64,000 bases of DNA, from the NCBI RefSeq assembly GCF_006345805.1, contig NC_043004.1, positions 56,296,001 to 56,360,000 of the forward strand. Reading direction: 5' to 3'. Below are positions 13,901 through 27,428 of the stretch, piece by piece. Each line of letters starts with the position of its first letter. Position 1 is the stretch's first letter. The position numbers and the translations under genes were made by a program. Below the pieces are notes generated by a model. The model was not told the DNA's origin. It did no database searches and saw nothing but the letters and a program-made list of their open reading frames with translations. Source of the stretch: Octopus sinensis. Lineage: Eukaryota.

Positions 13901-14465
13901 CAATTTCGTTATCAGTTATTTAAAAAAAATGTTTAGGATATCACGTCTCACATTTCCTAGTTTATTACTGTCCATGTACAGCTTGCTATGCGAGGTTTTG
14001 CACCTCCAGGTATTGTAGGTCTCTTTTTGTGTGGTTGATATTTCTGGGTTTAGTGTTGAATATTAATAAGCATGCACAACTTCGATATATACCTCCTTAC
14101 TCCATTTCTGACTTGTATTCCTATGAGATAGGTTTGGCAGTTGATCCTCAGAATCAGTTTTAGGAATATCGCTGGTCTGATTTGCTACAGGTTCTTGAGG
14201 AGGTTAGTCCTGATGTAAAGACTTTTCGAGCTCAGTGTCAGAGCCTAAGGTCAATTATGAACGTGTTCTTCGAACGACACGGGTTCTGGGGGTATTTCCA
14301 TGGTTGGTATCCAGGGCCGTGTTATAAGCGCACAGGGTTAACCAGTTGTCTGGTTCCTTGGGTAAGTTTCAGAGGTCCAACACATCAGCATTTTCGGTGG
14401 TGGGTGGTAACTTTGCAAAGTTTTAAATTAGTTCTTGTCATGACTTGCCGCTTGAAAGTTGTTAA
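10917..14465 (-). mobile_element. Decayed near-full-length R4/Dong-type RLE LINE, 3'-truncated at the zinc-knuckle CxxC
   Basis: Minus-strand fragments: KWSKEVYIEVVHAY (N-terminal), STGIDKIPSFWLNSL, NHLLYMDD (RT), MEFGLDKCANATF, ending DPPCGICGK; many stops and frameshifts. Confidence 0.85.
12960..13365 (-). mobile_element. SINE family B inserted in the Dong LINE
   Basis: Reverse complement of the 9474-9870 family, interrupting LINE coding sequence. Confidence 0.85.
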
Positions 14466-14713
14466 CAGGAAGGCCGTCAAAATTTATGTAGCATCGTAGA
14501 AAGAGACAAACATTGAATTGACAGCCAGAGAGAAACAGAGACAAGGAGATAAAAGTCAGAAACATCATGCAGTCTCCGAGCTATTTCCAGTAGGATGGCG
14601 ATGGCGTTGTCGGCGACGGTGGCAGAAGTGGTAATAGGATTGTATATGTCCTGTCAGCTGGATGTAAATGCTGTCACATGTATGTGTTTGTCTCCAGGCA
14701 AATCCCTATTATC

Positions 14714-14714
14714 A

Positions 14715-14765
<51 letters not shown>

Positions 14766-14822
14766 GTAGTAGTAGTAGTAGTAGTAGTAATAGAAATAGC
14801 AGCAACAGTAGCAGCAGTAGCA
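14714..14822. repeat. Compound (ATT)n-(AGT)n-(AGC)n microsatellite
   Basis: Directly visible. Confidence 0.9.
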
Positions 14823-14858
14823 GTGCAATCAGGAAGCCAACGAAGCGTCACTCCACTG

Positions 14859-14923
14859 CGGTCAGCAGAGGTCAAATGTGTTAACTTCTACAAGCGCCAA
14901 ATGAGAGAGCTGACCTTTGCCCT
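14859..14923. promoter_or_regulatory. Cluster of nuclear-receptor half-sites including a DR1 (AGGGCA-A-AGGTCA on minus, 14911-14923)
   Basis: TGACCTTTGCCCT, plus CGGTCA-n4-AGGTCA at 14859-14874; motif match only. Confidence 0.25.
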
Positions 14924-15034
14924 GGAAAGGGCCAACTCACCTTGTTCTGTTTTAATTACGAATAGAATAAATAACAATAATGATACACACACATGCACAT
15001 ATATATACATACACACACTTATATATAAATATAT

Positions 15035-15121
<87 letters not shown>

Positions 15122-15124
15122 CAT

Positions 15125-15530
15125 AAGGCGACGAACTAGCAGAAGCGTTTACAGGCCGGTCAAATGTGAAGTGACATTTTGTCCGTCTTTACATTAACAC
15201 GTCAAATCCCACCGTAGTCAGCTTTGCCTTTCATCCTTTCGTAATCGATAAAATAAATACCAGTCAAGTACTGAGATCGCTATAATCGACTATCCAGCTT
15301 CACTAAAAACTTCAGACCTTGTGCATATAGTAGAAATGTTTATTATTCAAGCGCCGAGTTGGTAGAATCGTTAGCACGTCGGTCAAAATGCTTAGCGGTG
15401 TTTCGTCCGTCTTTAAGTTCTAAGTTCAAATTCCACAGAGGTTGACTATGCCTTTCATGCTTCTGAAGTCGATAAAATAAGTGTCAATCAAGTACTGGGG
15501 TCGATGTAATCGGCTATCCATCTCACCTGG
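15125..15530 (+). mobile_element. Two tandem degenerate family A SINE copies
   Basis: Two GCTTTGCCTTTCATCCTTTC / CTATGCCTTTCATGC cores, each with a head. Confidence 0.7.
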
Positions 15531-15617
15531 GAATAAAAATTCTAGATTTCAAGTCCTCACTGATTGTCACGACGCTTGTTATGTGCACTCATTCTTCATA
15601 TCTCATGTTACAACTCT

Positions 15618-16032
15618 CACATTACTCACTCATTTACTTGTTTCAGTCATTTGACTGCGGCCATGCTGGAGCACCGCCTTTAGTCGAGCAAATCGACCCC
15701 GGGACTTATTCTTTGTAAGCCCAGTACTTATTCTATCGGTCTCTTTTTGCCGAACCGCTAAGTGACTGGGACGTAACCACACTAGCATCGGTTGTCAAGC
15801 AATGCTAGGGGGACAAACACAGACACACAAACACACACACACACACACATATATATATACATATATACGACAGGCTTCTTTCAGTTTCCGTCTACCAAAT
15901 CCACTCACAAGGCATTGGTCGGCCCGAGGCTATAGCAGAAAACACTTGCCCAAGATGCCACGCAGTGGGACTGAACCCGGAACCATGTGGTTGGTTAGCA
16001 AGCTACTTACCACACAGCCACTCCTGCGCCTA
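15618..16032 (-). mobile_element. SINE family B flanked by a 39-bp direct repeat
   Basis: 15579-15617 matches 16033-16071 with one mismatch. Confidence 0.85.
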
Positions 16033-17171
16033 TTATGTCCACTCATTCTTCATATCTCATGTTACAACTCTTTGTATCTCCATTGGAGAAATCAATAAAC
16101 CAACCACTAGTTACATTGGCTATTATCATAGAGAGATTTAGTTTTGAAGGTGTGCTTATATTCTGGTTCCGGAGTGTCTTTCATATCACCGTCTGAACAG
16201 CATTCCCTGCGTTTAGCATTACAGACGGCTTAAGTGTCAATGTCGTGTCATGCGGGAAAGCAGTACCTTGCGGACATATTTCGACAGCAGATGATGATAC
16301 AGGTGACATTTTCAACACCAGCTTGTTTCAATGGACATTACCCAAGGCCTGAGGCTTCCTTATGTCTCTTGTTGGTCATGAATTTTGTTGCTGTCTCCTG
16401 CTACAAAATATAGCAAGGAGGCTACTATTTCTTTGAAAGTTACTGGTTTTCTCTACTTTATGGGCTATGCAAGTATGCATGTGTATATGCAAGTATGCAT
16501 GTAGATTTGTACATATGAATGTAGGTAGGCAGGAACGTAGGTAGTTTGATTTCTTCTATTTAAAGATTTACATATTTTACTGTTCTGTATGGAATGGCTG
16601 GTCTTCCTCTTCTAGAAGAGCAGGAAGGCCACTCCGCTACAGGTTATCGGCAGAGACAATATACGAACTAAGGAATAACGAAAGATAATGGGGCAGTGAG
16701 GCTCATGGTGCGGCGCTGTGAAACGCATCTTATTTACGGCCGTATTCTGAAAAAGGGAGAAAAACAATGATAAAACTACTGCAACCGCCACGTTCAAGCG
16801 ATATAAAGCATGTTTATAAAACATTGGCTTGGGTTTAAAATTATTCATCTTGTGGTTACTGTAGTGTCTAATTTTTGAGAGGCTGAATAAAAGGGGTGAT
16901 TAACAAGATCAAGCCGGTAGCTTGTTGCTGTACATCTATATGAAAATATTTATTTGAAATCAGCCAAGTTTCTAAGATGAAAGGAATATCTACAATGTTA
17001 TCTTCTAACTAACATCTGTGGAAGGAATGCTATTTTGTTTCAATGGAATGAAATAAGTACTTGTAATATTTTCGCTGCATTCGACTGTGGAGCCTTGTCA
17101 ATAAAGTTATCTACGTCATCGTTGTTGGTGTTATTATTGTTGCTATTGTTGTTGTTGTTGTTCTTCTTTTT

Positions 17172-17233
<62 letters not shown>

Positions 17234-17559
17234 ACATGTTATTATCGCCTATAAGAGCAGCTGTTTTACTGCATTTATTTTCGAATAATTTAGACGCTGT
17301 AAAAGTTGCACGGACGACAATAACAGGCAAAGGTCATGAAGATGTTTACAGGCTTGACTAATGTATTTAAATCAGTCCGATATATTCCTTACTTTTTTCT
17401 ATTTTGGGGGATCAAGTTTAATGTTAAACCAGTTTCTTTAGAAATTCGATCAGCATGAGAAGACAATTGCGACAGGGAGCTTTTAGAAGACTCTTACTAT
17501 CGATTTTTGTGTATTCCAGTAGTTTATACGCGTATGTGTGCGTTTCTGTGAATGCATGT

Positions 17560-17766
17560 GTGACTGAGCATGTGTTTATGCATGTGTGTATGGGTATATA
17601 CATACATATGCATATATATTTATATATATAGTTATATATATATATGCGTGTGTATATATATATATACATATGTATGTATCTATATATGCATACATATATG
17701 TATATATGATTATATACATGTATATATGCGTATATGTACACACACATGTATATATATATATATATG

Positions 17767-17797
<31 letters not shown>

Positions 17798-17840
17798 GTG
17801 TGTATGTATGTATATACGCACACACACATATATATATATG

Positions 17841-17883
<43 letters not shown>

Positions 17884-17970
17884 ATATGTGTGTGTGTATG
17901 TGTTTGTGTGTGTGTATGTGTGTGTATGTGTGTGTATGTGTGTGTGTGTGTGTATGTGTGCGTGTGAATT
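17560..17970. repeat. Long compound (TA)n/(TG)n microsatellite
   Basis: Directly visible; similar tracts at ~22200-22560, 26600-27430, 40500-40800, 58160-58420 and 60090-60305. Confidence 0.95.
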
Positions 17971-18579
17971 TATGTATGGACAATTCTGATTGCATGTGTA
18001 TGCATATGCGGATATTTTGCGGATAGTTGCATACAAAGATTTGTGTTTCCTTGTGTGTTGTTTGTAAATTTACGTTTAACCATGTTCGTGATATTTTGTC
18101 CGAATATGTTTAGGAAAGTATTTTGGTTAATGCATTAACTCCATTGATCCCATTACATCTATACTTAAGAACTTTAAACTCTCTTAGTTCCAGATATATC
18201 AAGTCTAAAACAGCTGCGTGTCAGTAAAGTAGTTCCTTTTCTAATGACCGAAAACACGAAGGCTTCGGTACAATTTTTACTATTACTCAGTAAAATCTAA
18301 CAAAAAAAATAGTGTCAACTGCAAAAAGTTAATAGATAGTATACTACCACGGCAGTAGCAACTATAGTAGGAAGTTTTTAGTTAATTCATTTTCAGAGAG
18401 AAAATCTTTTTTTTTTCGTGACTATGTGAGAAGACTCTTTTATAATTGAACGATGAACAAATTTGAAACATGTATATAATTGGGCAATTTTGGTGAAATG
18501 GAATTTTCGAAATATCCTCATATATTGATCAACAGGTGTTTTCATGTAAAAAGTAATAATAATAATGATAATAGTCAAC

Positions 18580-18775
18580 CCTACTGAAGGCACAAGGCCT
18601 GAAATTCGTGCGGAGGGGACTAATCGATCACATCGACCCCAGTGTTTCACTGGTACTTAATTTATTATCCTTGGAAGGATGAAAGGTACTGTCGACCTCG
18701 GCGGAATTTGAACTCACAAAGTAGCGACGGGCGTAACACCGCTAATTATTTCGTCCAATGCGCTAATGATTCTTA
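18580..18775 (-). mobile_element. SINE family A
   Basis: GTCGACCTCGGCGGAATTTGAACTC core on +. Confidence 0.75.
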
Positions 18776-18784
18776 ATAATAATG

Positions 18785-18845
<61 letters not shown>

Positions 18846-18847
18846 TA

Positions 18848-18900
<53 letters not shown>

Positions 18901-18902
18901 TT

Positions 18903-19044
18903 AGTACCAGACAGTGGCTCTCATGGCTGCTGATCTTAACTGATTGGAAGTGTTATCATGTACATGTTTTGTCTTGGTATAAAAATATGTACTACAGTAA
19001 ATATTCTGCTCAATACTAAATATTTGCTTGTCAGTTGTTTGACC
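18903..19044 (+). mobile_element. 5' fragment of the (AAT)n-associated non-coding element
   Basis: Reverse complement of 39685-39820; (AAT)n on both sides (18775-18900 and 19045 onward). Confidence 0.75.
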
Positions 19045-19111
19045 GTAATAATAATGATGATGATGATGATGATGACGAGACGATGACGACGACGACGACG
19101 ACGATGATGAC

Positions 19112-19468
19112 AATAAATATAAAGACTTGGTAATAGAAATTGAAAAAATGTGGCATCTCAAGGCAACTACAGTACCAATGATTACAGGATCTCTAGGAAT
19201 GATAAAAAAAAAAGCAATTTGAAAATGATACCCTACAGGAAGTGCAAAAATTGTGTTAACTGGAACGGCTCATGTACTGAGAAGAGCATTATCGCTGTGA
19301 AAACAACATCCATGACGTTATTTATTTATAAATTTTTTAAATACATATTTTACCTGTGAATTTGCATGTGTAATCTGGGAATACATACAATGAGCTTCTC
19401 TGCCCTAGATGTACGGAAACACTGGGCGAGAAACAGAAGAAAATTTGAAGAAGGAAGAAAAAAATAGC

Positions 19469-19470
<2 letters not shown>
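19112..19470 (+). mobile_element. R4/Dong LINE extreme 3' end with (AAT)n tail
   Basis: KYKDLVIEIEKMWHLKATTVPMITGSLGMIKK...LQEVQKIVLTGTAHVLRRALSL*, same family as 50102-51487; 3' UTR ends in an A-run plus (AAT)n. Confidence 0.85.
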
Positions 19471-19509
<39 letters not shown>

Positions 19510-20289
19510 GCGACAAAGTAACTTCATCAATTATAACCAGCTCATGTAGTTACAACCCCTTTCAAGTCATGTCACGTATTTTAATATCCGTAGATGTTTT
19601 CATTAGCAGTGGAAATACTATACTCAACTAACAAATATAACCTTTTCACTATGAAACAAATTTGTAATCATTGACAATATATTTCTAAAGCAGAACTTCC
19701 TTTCATATATAAAATAAAATAAATAATATTTAATGTTTCCTCATTTCCCTTGTACAGTTGGTGTATACTTTATTAACATCAGGAACTTTAATTCAGAAAT
19801 ACATGACAAAGTAATGGATTGCGCGGAATATGTGTCCCAGTGCTTTATAAAGCACGCCATTGCAACTCCAAAGCGGAAATGTATCAACAAGAACACTAGT
19901 AAGGGGAGAATAACTAATATTTCATAACATTTTGTATAAACTTAACTGCCAAACTAAAATTAAAACCGATACTGCTACATTATACTGGAATCGGACCACG
20001 TCTCAATGTGTGACCTAAAGTTTGACTATGATTATTTTCACACATGTTGAGTAGATTTTTTCATTCATTGTGCAGCTTCCACGTTCTCACACCTAGTTGC
20101 TTTGTTTTCTGCCGAGATGTTTTCTACCAAATTTTCGAATCCTAAACCATATTCTGTGCATACATTATGAACAAATCAATATTACACATACATAGTAAAT
20201 ATTTCCCACACTGACCGTTTCCTTTTACTCTACTTCACTATACTTGAATACAAATGAATTCTCTAAATGTATTTGTTTGTTCCTTCTCG

Positions 20290-20575
20290 AGCCATGCCTG
20301 GCTCATAAAGGCCGGTTCCCGGTTTCCTTGGCGTATAGGTTCCCCACCTGGACGGGACGCCGGTCCGTCACAGGCGAGCTGCAAGATGCAGGAGGAAAGA
20401 GTGAGAGAAAGTCGTGGCGAAAGAGTAACCAAAAGTTTGCCACTACCTTCTGCCGGAGCCGCGTGGAGCTTAGGTGTTTCGCTCATAAACACACACATCG
20501 CCTGGTCTGATATTCGAACTCGCGATCCCTCGACCGCAAGTCCGCTGCTCTAACCACTAGGCCATGTGCCTCCAC
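20290..20575 (-). mobile_element. tRNA-derived SINE with V-domain-like centre
   Basis: Minus head GGCACATGGCCTAGTGGTTAGAGCAGCGGACT...GAGTTCGAATATC; body CCTGTGACGGACCGGCGTCCCGTCCAGG...GAAACCGGG resembles the V-SINE domain from memory; head shared with 33169-33476. Confidence 0.7.
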
Positions 20576-22362
20576 TAAATGTATTTGAACTTGTGTAATC
20601 TCTATACGATTAAGCAAGTTTGTAACATCGAGTCGTATTCCAGAATAACTGACGTAGTAACTACCAAGGAGTTACTTCAACAGAACAACTTTCATAAGGC
20701 ACCTCTCGCTTTTTACTTCCGAGGTCTACAATAAAAGCTAAAAAAGTTTCCATTGCGTTAAATATTTTCCCTTTGACAGCAGTCTCTCAGTGTGAGTCGA
20801 AGTTACATTCTTCACGTAACATTCTGTCAATGACCTGAGTTTACAGATTCATTTTCACATTTCCTTCTTCATCGAAAATGTTTAATCCATCTCATATGTC
20901 AACTCCCACTTCTATTTAGATTACGCCAACATTCTACGATCTTATGCAAGCAACTCTGTAATTTCAAACCAGATGATCTTTATTATTTTAGCCTTAAAAT
21001 CTCCTCCGAGGTGGACGTGGGAGCTTAGATACATTTCTAAAACGCAATCCTACGTTTATCTCTGCTGCTTCTCATCCACTTGATACCCAGCAACACCATA
21101 TAACACACTTTCGGAATCCTGTATCCCAGAAAAGTATCTCACAGAAAATTTCTCACAGTCCATCCCTTTCGCCTGTAGAAGTTCCAGCGTAACCTGAACT
21201 TCATGGAACACCATAGTGTAAAAAGAACTGAAATGGCTACAGGCTATGGGTACTTCCTCTCGTGCTAGGACTCAATACCAATAACGATAAGCATCCTTAC
21301 ATAAACATTCTTAGTCACATCCTCACTCACATATAACGTCTTCGCACAAAGATACGCATACAAGCCAGAGGTATATGATCATCACAAGCAATTAGGTGCA
21401 ATGCTGAAGAACAGAGTGAAGTTAAACTATCAGATTTACTTCTTTTTTCTTAGTTCCTGTAATTAAACATCACCCTTAAACATTCATCATTCCATAATTC
21501 AGTGGCATTAAATGGCCTCACGAGACATATAATTATATTTAACACCATAACTTTGTAGCAGAGTAACTCACATAATTACATAATTGACGTTAATCTTAGT
21601 TGGCTTCAACAAATTTTTGGCTAATGCATTTTTCTTTCTTTTAAAGTGATTATTTTTCTTTCGTTAGAAATGATCAGAATTAAACTGGCCGAGTAAACTT
21701 ATATCAATATACGAACCCTTTATATGTCATGATTTACACCAGACAGGCATCCATTATTGATATAGATACCGAGGAAGACGAAAAAAAAAAAGATTTGGTG
21801 AATGAGAAATATTAATAATGGGTCATTAAAGCTCATTATATCGGGTCATAATATATTCTCAAACTAAATTACATAGACAAGAGCAAATAAAGCAAATAAA
21901 TATAACATTTGGTCTCAGCCAATGAGTAAAACGATTGTGCTATCGTAAAACGGTTTAAAGAAGAAACCTTGCAAGTTATAATCAAATTGTCAATACCTTG
22001 GAAGCTATTCGTCTACTGTGCTGGATTTCGTTTACATTTCACTTCCTTATGTGAATGCACATGCATATATGTTGATATACAGATACAAATATACGTAAAT
22101 TCTAAAAAAATACTCTTAAAGCAAACAGATATACAGTCAAATAGAATAAGAGAGAAACAAACACATATTTTTACGATCATGTATGCGTGTTTGGATGGAT
22201 GGATGAATATATGGTTACTTGCATGTATTTATTTATGCATACATGTGTGCATGTATGTATATATGTATGTATTTATATGTATATGTGTGTATGAATGTAT
22301 GTGTGTATATGTGTGTATAAATATATATATATATATTTGATAAATATATACATATGTATAAG

Positions 22363-22432
22363 CTTACTTGTCTCATCTTGCTTTCTCCACTCCACCACGA
22401 GGTGATGCCGCCGCGTCCCCTTCCGTTGGACC

Positions 22433-22436
<4 letters not shown>
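22363..22436. repeat. 74-bp GC-rich segment duplicated at 25827-25900
   Basis: Direct alignment, about 7 mismatches. Confidence 0.85.
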
Positions 22437-22476
<40 letters not shown>

Positions 22477-22814
22477 TATATATATAAATATGTGTCTCTC
22501 TCTATATATATATATCTGTGTGTGTATATATATACACACATATAACTTTGTGTATATAGGCAACCAAATTCTGTTTTTAAATGACTCGCTTCAAAGATTG
22601 CATTCGGTACAATTTGTTTATTTTGGTAGTTTTGACTTTAAAAGTCCCTCCTAGCGTGCGGCATTTATGTGTAATAGTGCCCTCTATATAATATAAAAAA
22701 AATATTTTCAAGTTGAAAAAATTAACAGATTTTTTTTCTTACGATGTTTATCACGCTAACTACTTGATAATTTCTTATGAAGATTTTATCCTATTTTAAA
22801 ATTTATATGTGTAT

Positions 22815-22886
<72 letters not shown>

Positions 22887-23729
22887 TTATATATATATAT
22901 ATACACTTATATATATATACGTACACACACACGCATATTCTTTTATGATTTTCTTTGTTTGAACACTGGTGCACTGCGTTGGAGTGTTTGGTCAAACAAG
23001 TCTGATATTTATCCTTTGAGTTCGTTCCGAAGCCTATAATTACGGTGAGTAAAAAAGACCGGCACAAGTCACGAAGCTGCGTTGTACAAATTTATAAAGG
23101 AAAACACGTACGCATACACATATGGCACACACACACACACACATATAAACACATAGTGGGATATTTAATGACAGTACTCAATATTCCAACTGGCAATCGC
23201 TGCTATGATTAATGTCAAAAACAACCGACACAATTGACATATATCGCATTACTGAGGCACAACAGACATACACCGCATTACTGAGGCACAACGTTTCCGA
23301 AAACCTTAAACGCTTTTTAAAGGGAATCGTGTTTCATTGATCTTCTTGGTTTTTCATTTCATAGTAAGATGTCAGTCAGTGAAAATTAGGTCTCAAGTTA
23401 CGACGTTACAGCAATAGAAATTAACGACAGTTGCAAGTTGTGGAAAAGTATCTCCGCTACGTGGGAAATACCTACACTCCTTAGTTTTTCTTTGGGGGTA
23501 CATTTGAGGCCGGTTTCGGACGTCATTTGCCTTATAAGCACGCACTCACGCATACGCATATCGCACACACACACAAACACACACACACACGCACGCACGC
23601 ACAAACACACTCATAAATACAACTGTACCCTGAATATATTAGTGAATAAATAGATATATAACATATATGAGTTATATATCTGTATATCTGTATTCATCCA
23701 TGTGTACAAACACATACATACACACACAG

Positions 23730-23777
<48 letters not shown>

Positions 23778-23894
23778 CTCACTCTCTCTCTCTATATATA
23801 TATAAATATATATATAGGCTAATATTGGTAAAATGAGAATACTTATCTGCATGGCCGAAACAGCTGTAAGATATAATCTATACTTATATTTATA

Positions 23895-24407
23895 TCTATA
23901 TATATAAAACTGTAGTTGTGTGAGTGTCTGTCCCCTTCGATTTAGATTCCTAACTACTCCCACATTTTGCGGTGCAGTTTAACCAAATTCGGGTATCTTA
24001 TAGTCGTAATTCATATCGAGCCCGTCTGGGTATTAGCGCGCGTCTACGATGAGTCTACGATTTTAAAAATAATTTAACATCATTTTTTATTCCATTTTAA
24101 TGCATAATTTTTCGTGTGTCGATGGCGGCGGAGTTGGCGTCCATGGTCACACCTGCACCTGTTTGCTTCTCCCCCTTCTTCCCTCCCTCGTGAAGCTGTG
24201 GGGAAGGGAATGTAAGGAAATCAACGTCGTAAAGCGTTGTCAAGGAGACCAGCGTTCTTTTAGAACAACGACTTCATGGCTTGAAGACACCAAAACACAA
24301 ATGGCTAAGAAAGCCCGAATTGGCATCTATAAGGGAAGTAACTCTCTAAAAATGCTTATATAGTTATTTCCCTTACAAACCCGAGCAACGCCGGGCGATA
24401 CTGCTAG
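23895..24407 (+). mobile_element. Non-autonomous Helitron
   Basis: 5' TCTATATATATAAAA, subterminal hairpin CCCG-agcaacgc-CGGG (24380-24395), 3' CTAG, inserted between A and T. Confidence 0.75.
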
Positions 24408-24805
24408 TTTACTTATATTTATATTCTCTTTTTTATATATTTCCTACTTATTATACAACATTACTCTTTTATGTACACTTTTTTATGTACATTCCTTTAT
24501 GTACACTGATTTATTCTGCTTTTTTATGTTTAACCCTACAGTCTCTTATGTGGTGGTTTAATAAAGTATGTGATTGAGTATTATCTGGTAATTGATATTT
24601 GATTTAGATGTATTTCTCCATTTTCTTATCTTGTATTAGTAATTTGTGGTAAATCATTTTACCTTTGCCCATATAATACAGTAAATGAATTGATTGCATC
24701 GCAATCCTTAACATTTATGTATTAACTTTCTTGGGTACTTCCCTAGCAGTATATTGGATATATGTTATCCCATGGAGGGTTGAATTTACAACCCCTATCT
24801 CAATT

Positions 24806-24862
<57 letters not shown>

Positions 24863-24867
<5 letters not shown>

Positions 24868-25441
24868 ACAGGATAAGGGCAGAAGAAAAATTCTAATGCC
24901 AGATACGCCGAAACCAAAAAATTGTCGATAACCATTAAATTCCCGAAAAAAAAATTTTTTTTATCCTATATCAATTATAAATAGATTAGTGTTTCACTTC
25001 CGGATTCTATCACTCTGTGAAAGTTTCTAGTTCGAATCACACGTCTCGAGGTGCGCATAAGATTTTTCTAGTTGGATATATTTGGGGTACTTAAGTCTGC
25101 TCGGGGCTTGGTGCTTGCTTCTTCCGTGGGTATGAATAAGTACTTCATTTATATCTCGCGTATGTGCCGCTGAAGAGGGGAAAATTTCTTGTGAATTAAC
25201 CCCAAAATTGGACCAATATGGTAATAAAGAATTTTTTAGAGATTTCTATCGGTTTGTTTCGAGACGCATAAATTTAATGGTTATCGGCAATTTTTTTGTT
25301 TCGGCGTATTTGGCATTAGAATTTTTCTTCTGCCCTTATCTTGTAAATTATGTATAAATTTTACCTTTAAAGGCATTTTTTGATATGCTGGCCATTGATA
25401 AAATCTTTTTGCTTAAAAAATTTTTTTATCCTATATCAATT

Positions 25442-25442
<1 letters not shown>
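24863..25442 (+). mobile_element. Penelope-type pseudo-LTR-only element in (TA)n with inverted 5' segment
   Basis: 24863-24940 is the reverse complement of ~25270-25350; the 3' tail AAAAAATTTTTTTATCCTATATCAATTAT recurs at ~24950-24978; carries a hammerhead motif; related to 28670-29245. Confidence 0.65.
25165..25223 (+). ncRNA. Type I hammerhead ribozyme motif, probably inactive (G12A)
   Basis: Stem I TGCCG/TGGTA, CTGAAGA, stem II GGGG/CCCC, AAAA in place of GAAA, stem III ATTGG-A-CCAAT, AUA triplet. Confidence 0.6.
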
Positions 25443-25483
<41 letters not shown>

Positions 25484-26725
25484 TGTTAGAGTAATTACGT
25501 ATAGATGATTTCATATATATTTCCAAGATATCAATCTCTGGCTTTGGTTTTCTTCTTAGGAGCTGAATTTGTATGGAAGCTGCATAACTGCCATCAGAAA
25601 AAAGCATTCTTCCATGATATATCTTCATATTCGCCATTCAAAGATTTTGTAAGATGCAGCGAAATTCGTACTTTTATATCATTATAACTGCTGACGCGCA
25701 CGTTGACCTTGTTTAAAGCGATGAAGAGCTGTTCACTGCGAACCTCAGACTCAAATCCATGACCGTCTTCTATGGAGAGCTAAGAAAACTGGGGAGGGCA
25801 ACAGATGCGGTGTATGACGAGAAAACCTTACTTGTCTCATCTTGCTTTCTCCACTCCACCACGGGTTGCTGCCGCTGCCTCCCCTTCCGTTGGACCACAA
25901 AGGTTTTATACACAGGGACCGCCAAATCTAGTCTTTCCATGTATATGTAGGTAAGCCTTCATATGCTATTTAAGCTATAACTGAAGTCCTGGGTAAGAAT
26001 AGACCTGGGTACAATGGTGGTAAAGTTGTGGTCCCACATTCGTCAGAAAATTCCCAATCAGTGTCTCACTACTGACGTATTCCAAGGCCCCTGACCACTT
26101 AAATGGGATGACCAATACAGGGAACGAAACGTTAAATGCTATTTTACTTTTATTAGAGAGAGAGAGACTGCGTGTTTTCTTTCGTTTCAAGATCATTCTG
26201 ATATGAATCCTGCTTCATTTCAGCATGCTCCCATTCAAGTTTTCTCACATAGACAGTACAGAAATGTCACCCATTAAGGACTTCTGAGAGGAAAATCCGT
26301 AACTATTTCTTAGGTGTTCTGCATATCATGCATTGAAAACTGCCTTCAAGATGCCCTTCATTATCACATTATCAGCAAAAACAAATTGTAGAGATGACAT
26401 AGACAATGCTAATGCAAACACCCACACTGATCCTGGCTAATATGAAACACTTAGTGGAGAAATACATCGAGAAGCGATAACTGTACTTTCTCTACTTACA
26501 TATATATGTACGTAGATATGTGTGTATTTATGTATGCATGTATGAATGTATGTCTGTATACATGCATGAATGTATGTATATTTGAATTATACACACACAC
26601 ACATATACACTCACATATATCGTTGTAGTTTATCTTCAAATTTATTATAATTATACAATAGAGAAAGTAACCTTATATGAAATATCGAGATGTACAAAGT
26701 AGTTAATGTAGCTATGTGTAGGTAT

Positions 26726-26775
<50 letters not shown>

Positions 26776-26875
26776 TATATATACACACACATATATATAT
26801 ATATGTATATTATATATATACATATATATATATGTATGTATGTCTATATATGTAAATATATGTATATATATATGC

Positions 26876-26930
<55 letters not shown>

Positions 26931-26931
26931 C

Positions 26932-27003
<72 letters not shown>

Positions 27004-27269
27004 GAACACATACACATATGTTTGTGGTGATGCATCTATATGCATAACGTAATGTTTCGTTTAGTTTTCCGTCAATTCTTCTGAGTAAAATTTTATGGTA
27101 TTAAATCACCAGCATATATACGTATATCTGCGTGTATATAGTCATACATATGTTTATGCACTTGTGTATGACATACAATGTATGTGTGTACATCATGCAC
27201 GTATGTATGTCTCTATCTGACTGTTTGACAGACTGTCTGTCTGTCTATCTGTCTATCTGTCTGTCTGTG

Positions 27270-27332
<63 letters not shown>

Positions 27333-27363
27333 ATATGTGTGTGTGCGTCTGAGTGTGTGTCTA

Positions 27364-27428
<65 letters not shown>

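Noticed and set aside
14935-14960. 6-nt minus-strand microexon (CAG|AACAAG|GTGAGT)
   Set aside because: Weak polypyrimidine tract and no supporting minus-strand gene.
16225-16302. Phase 1-1 internal exon candidate (GLSVNVVSCGKAVPCGHISTADDDT)
   Set aside because: The donor GTGACA is weak and the peptide is not recognisable.
23245-23295. Short direct repeat CGCATTACTGAGGCACAAC x2 as a CRISPR-like array
   Set aside because: Only two units, consistent with a local tandem duplication in eukaryotic DNA.
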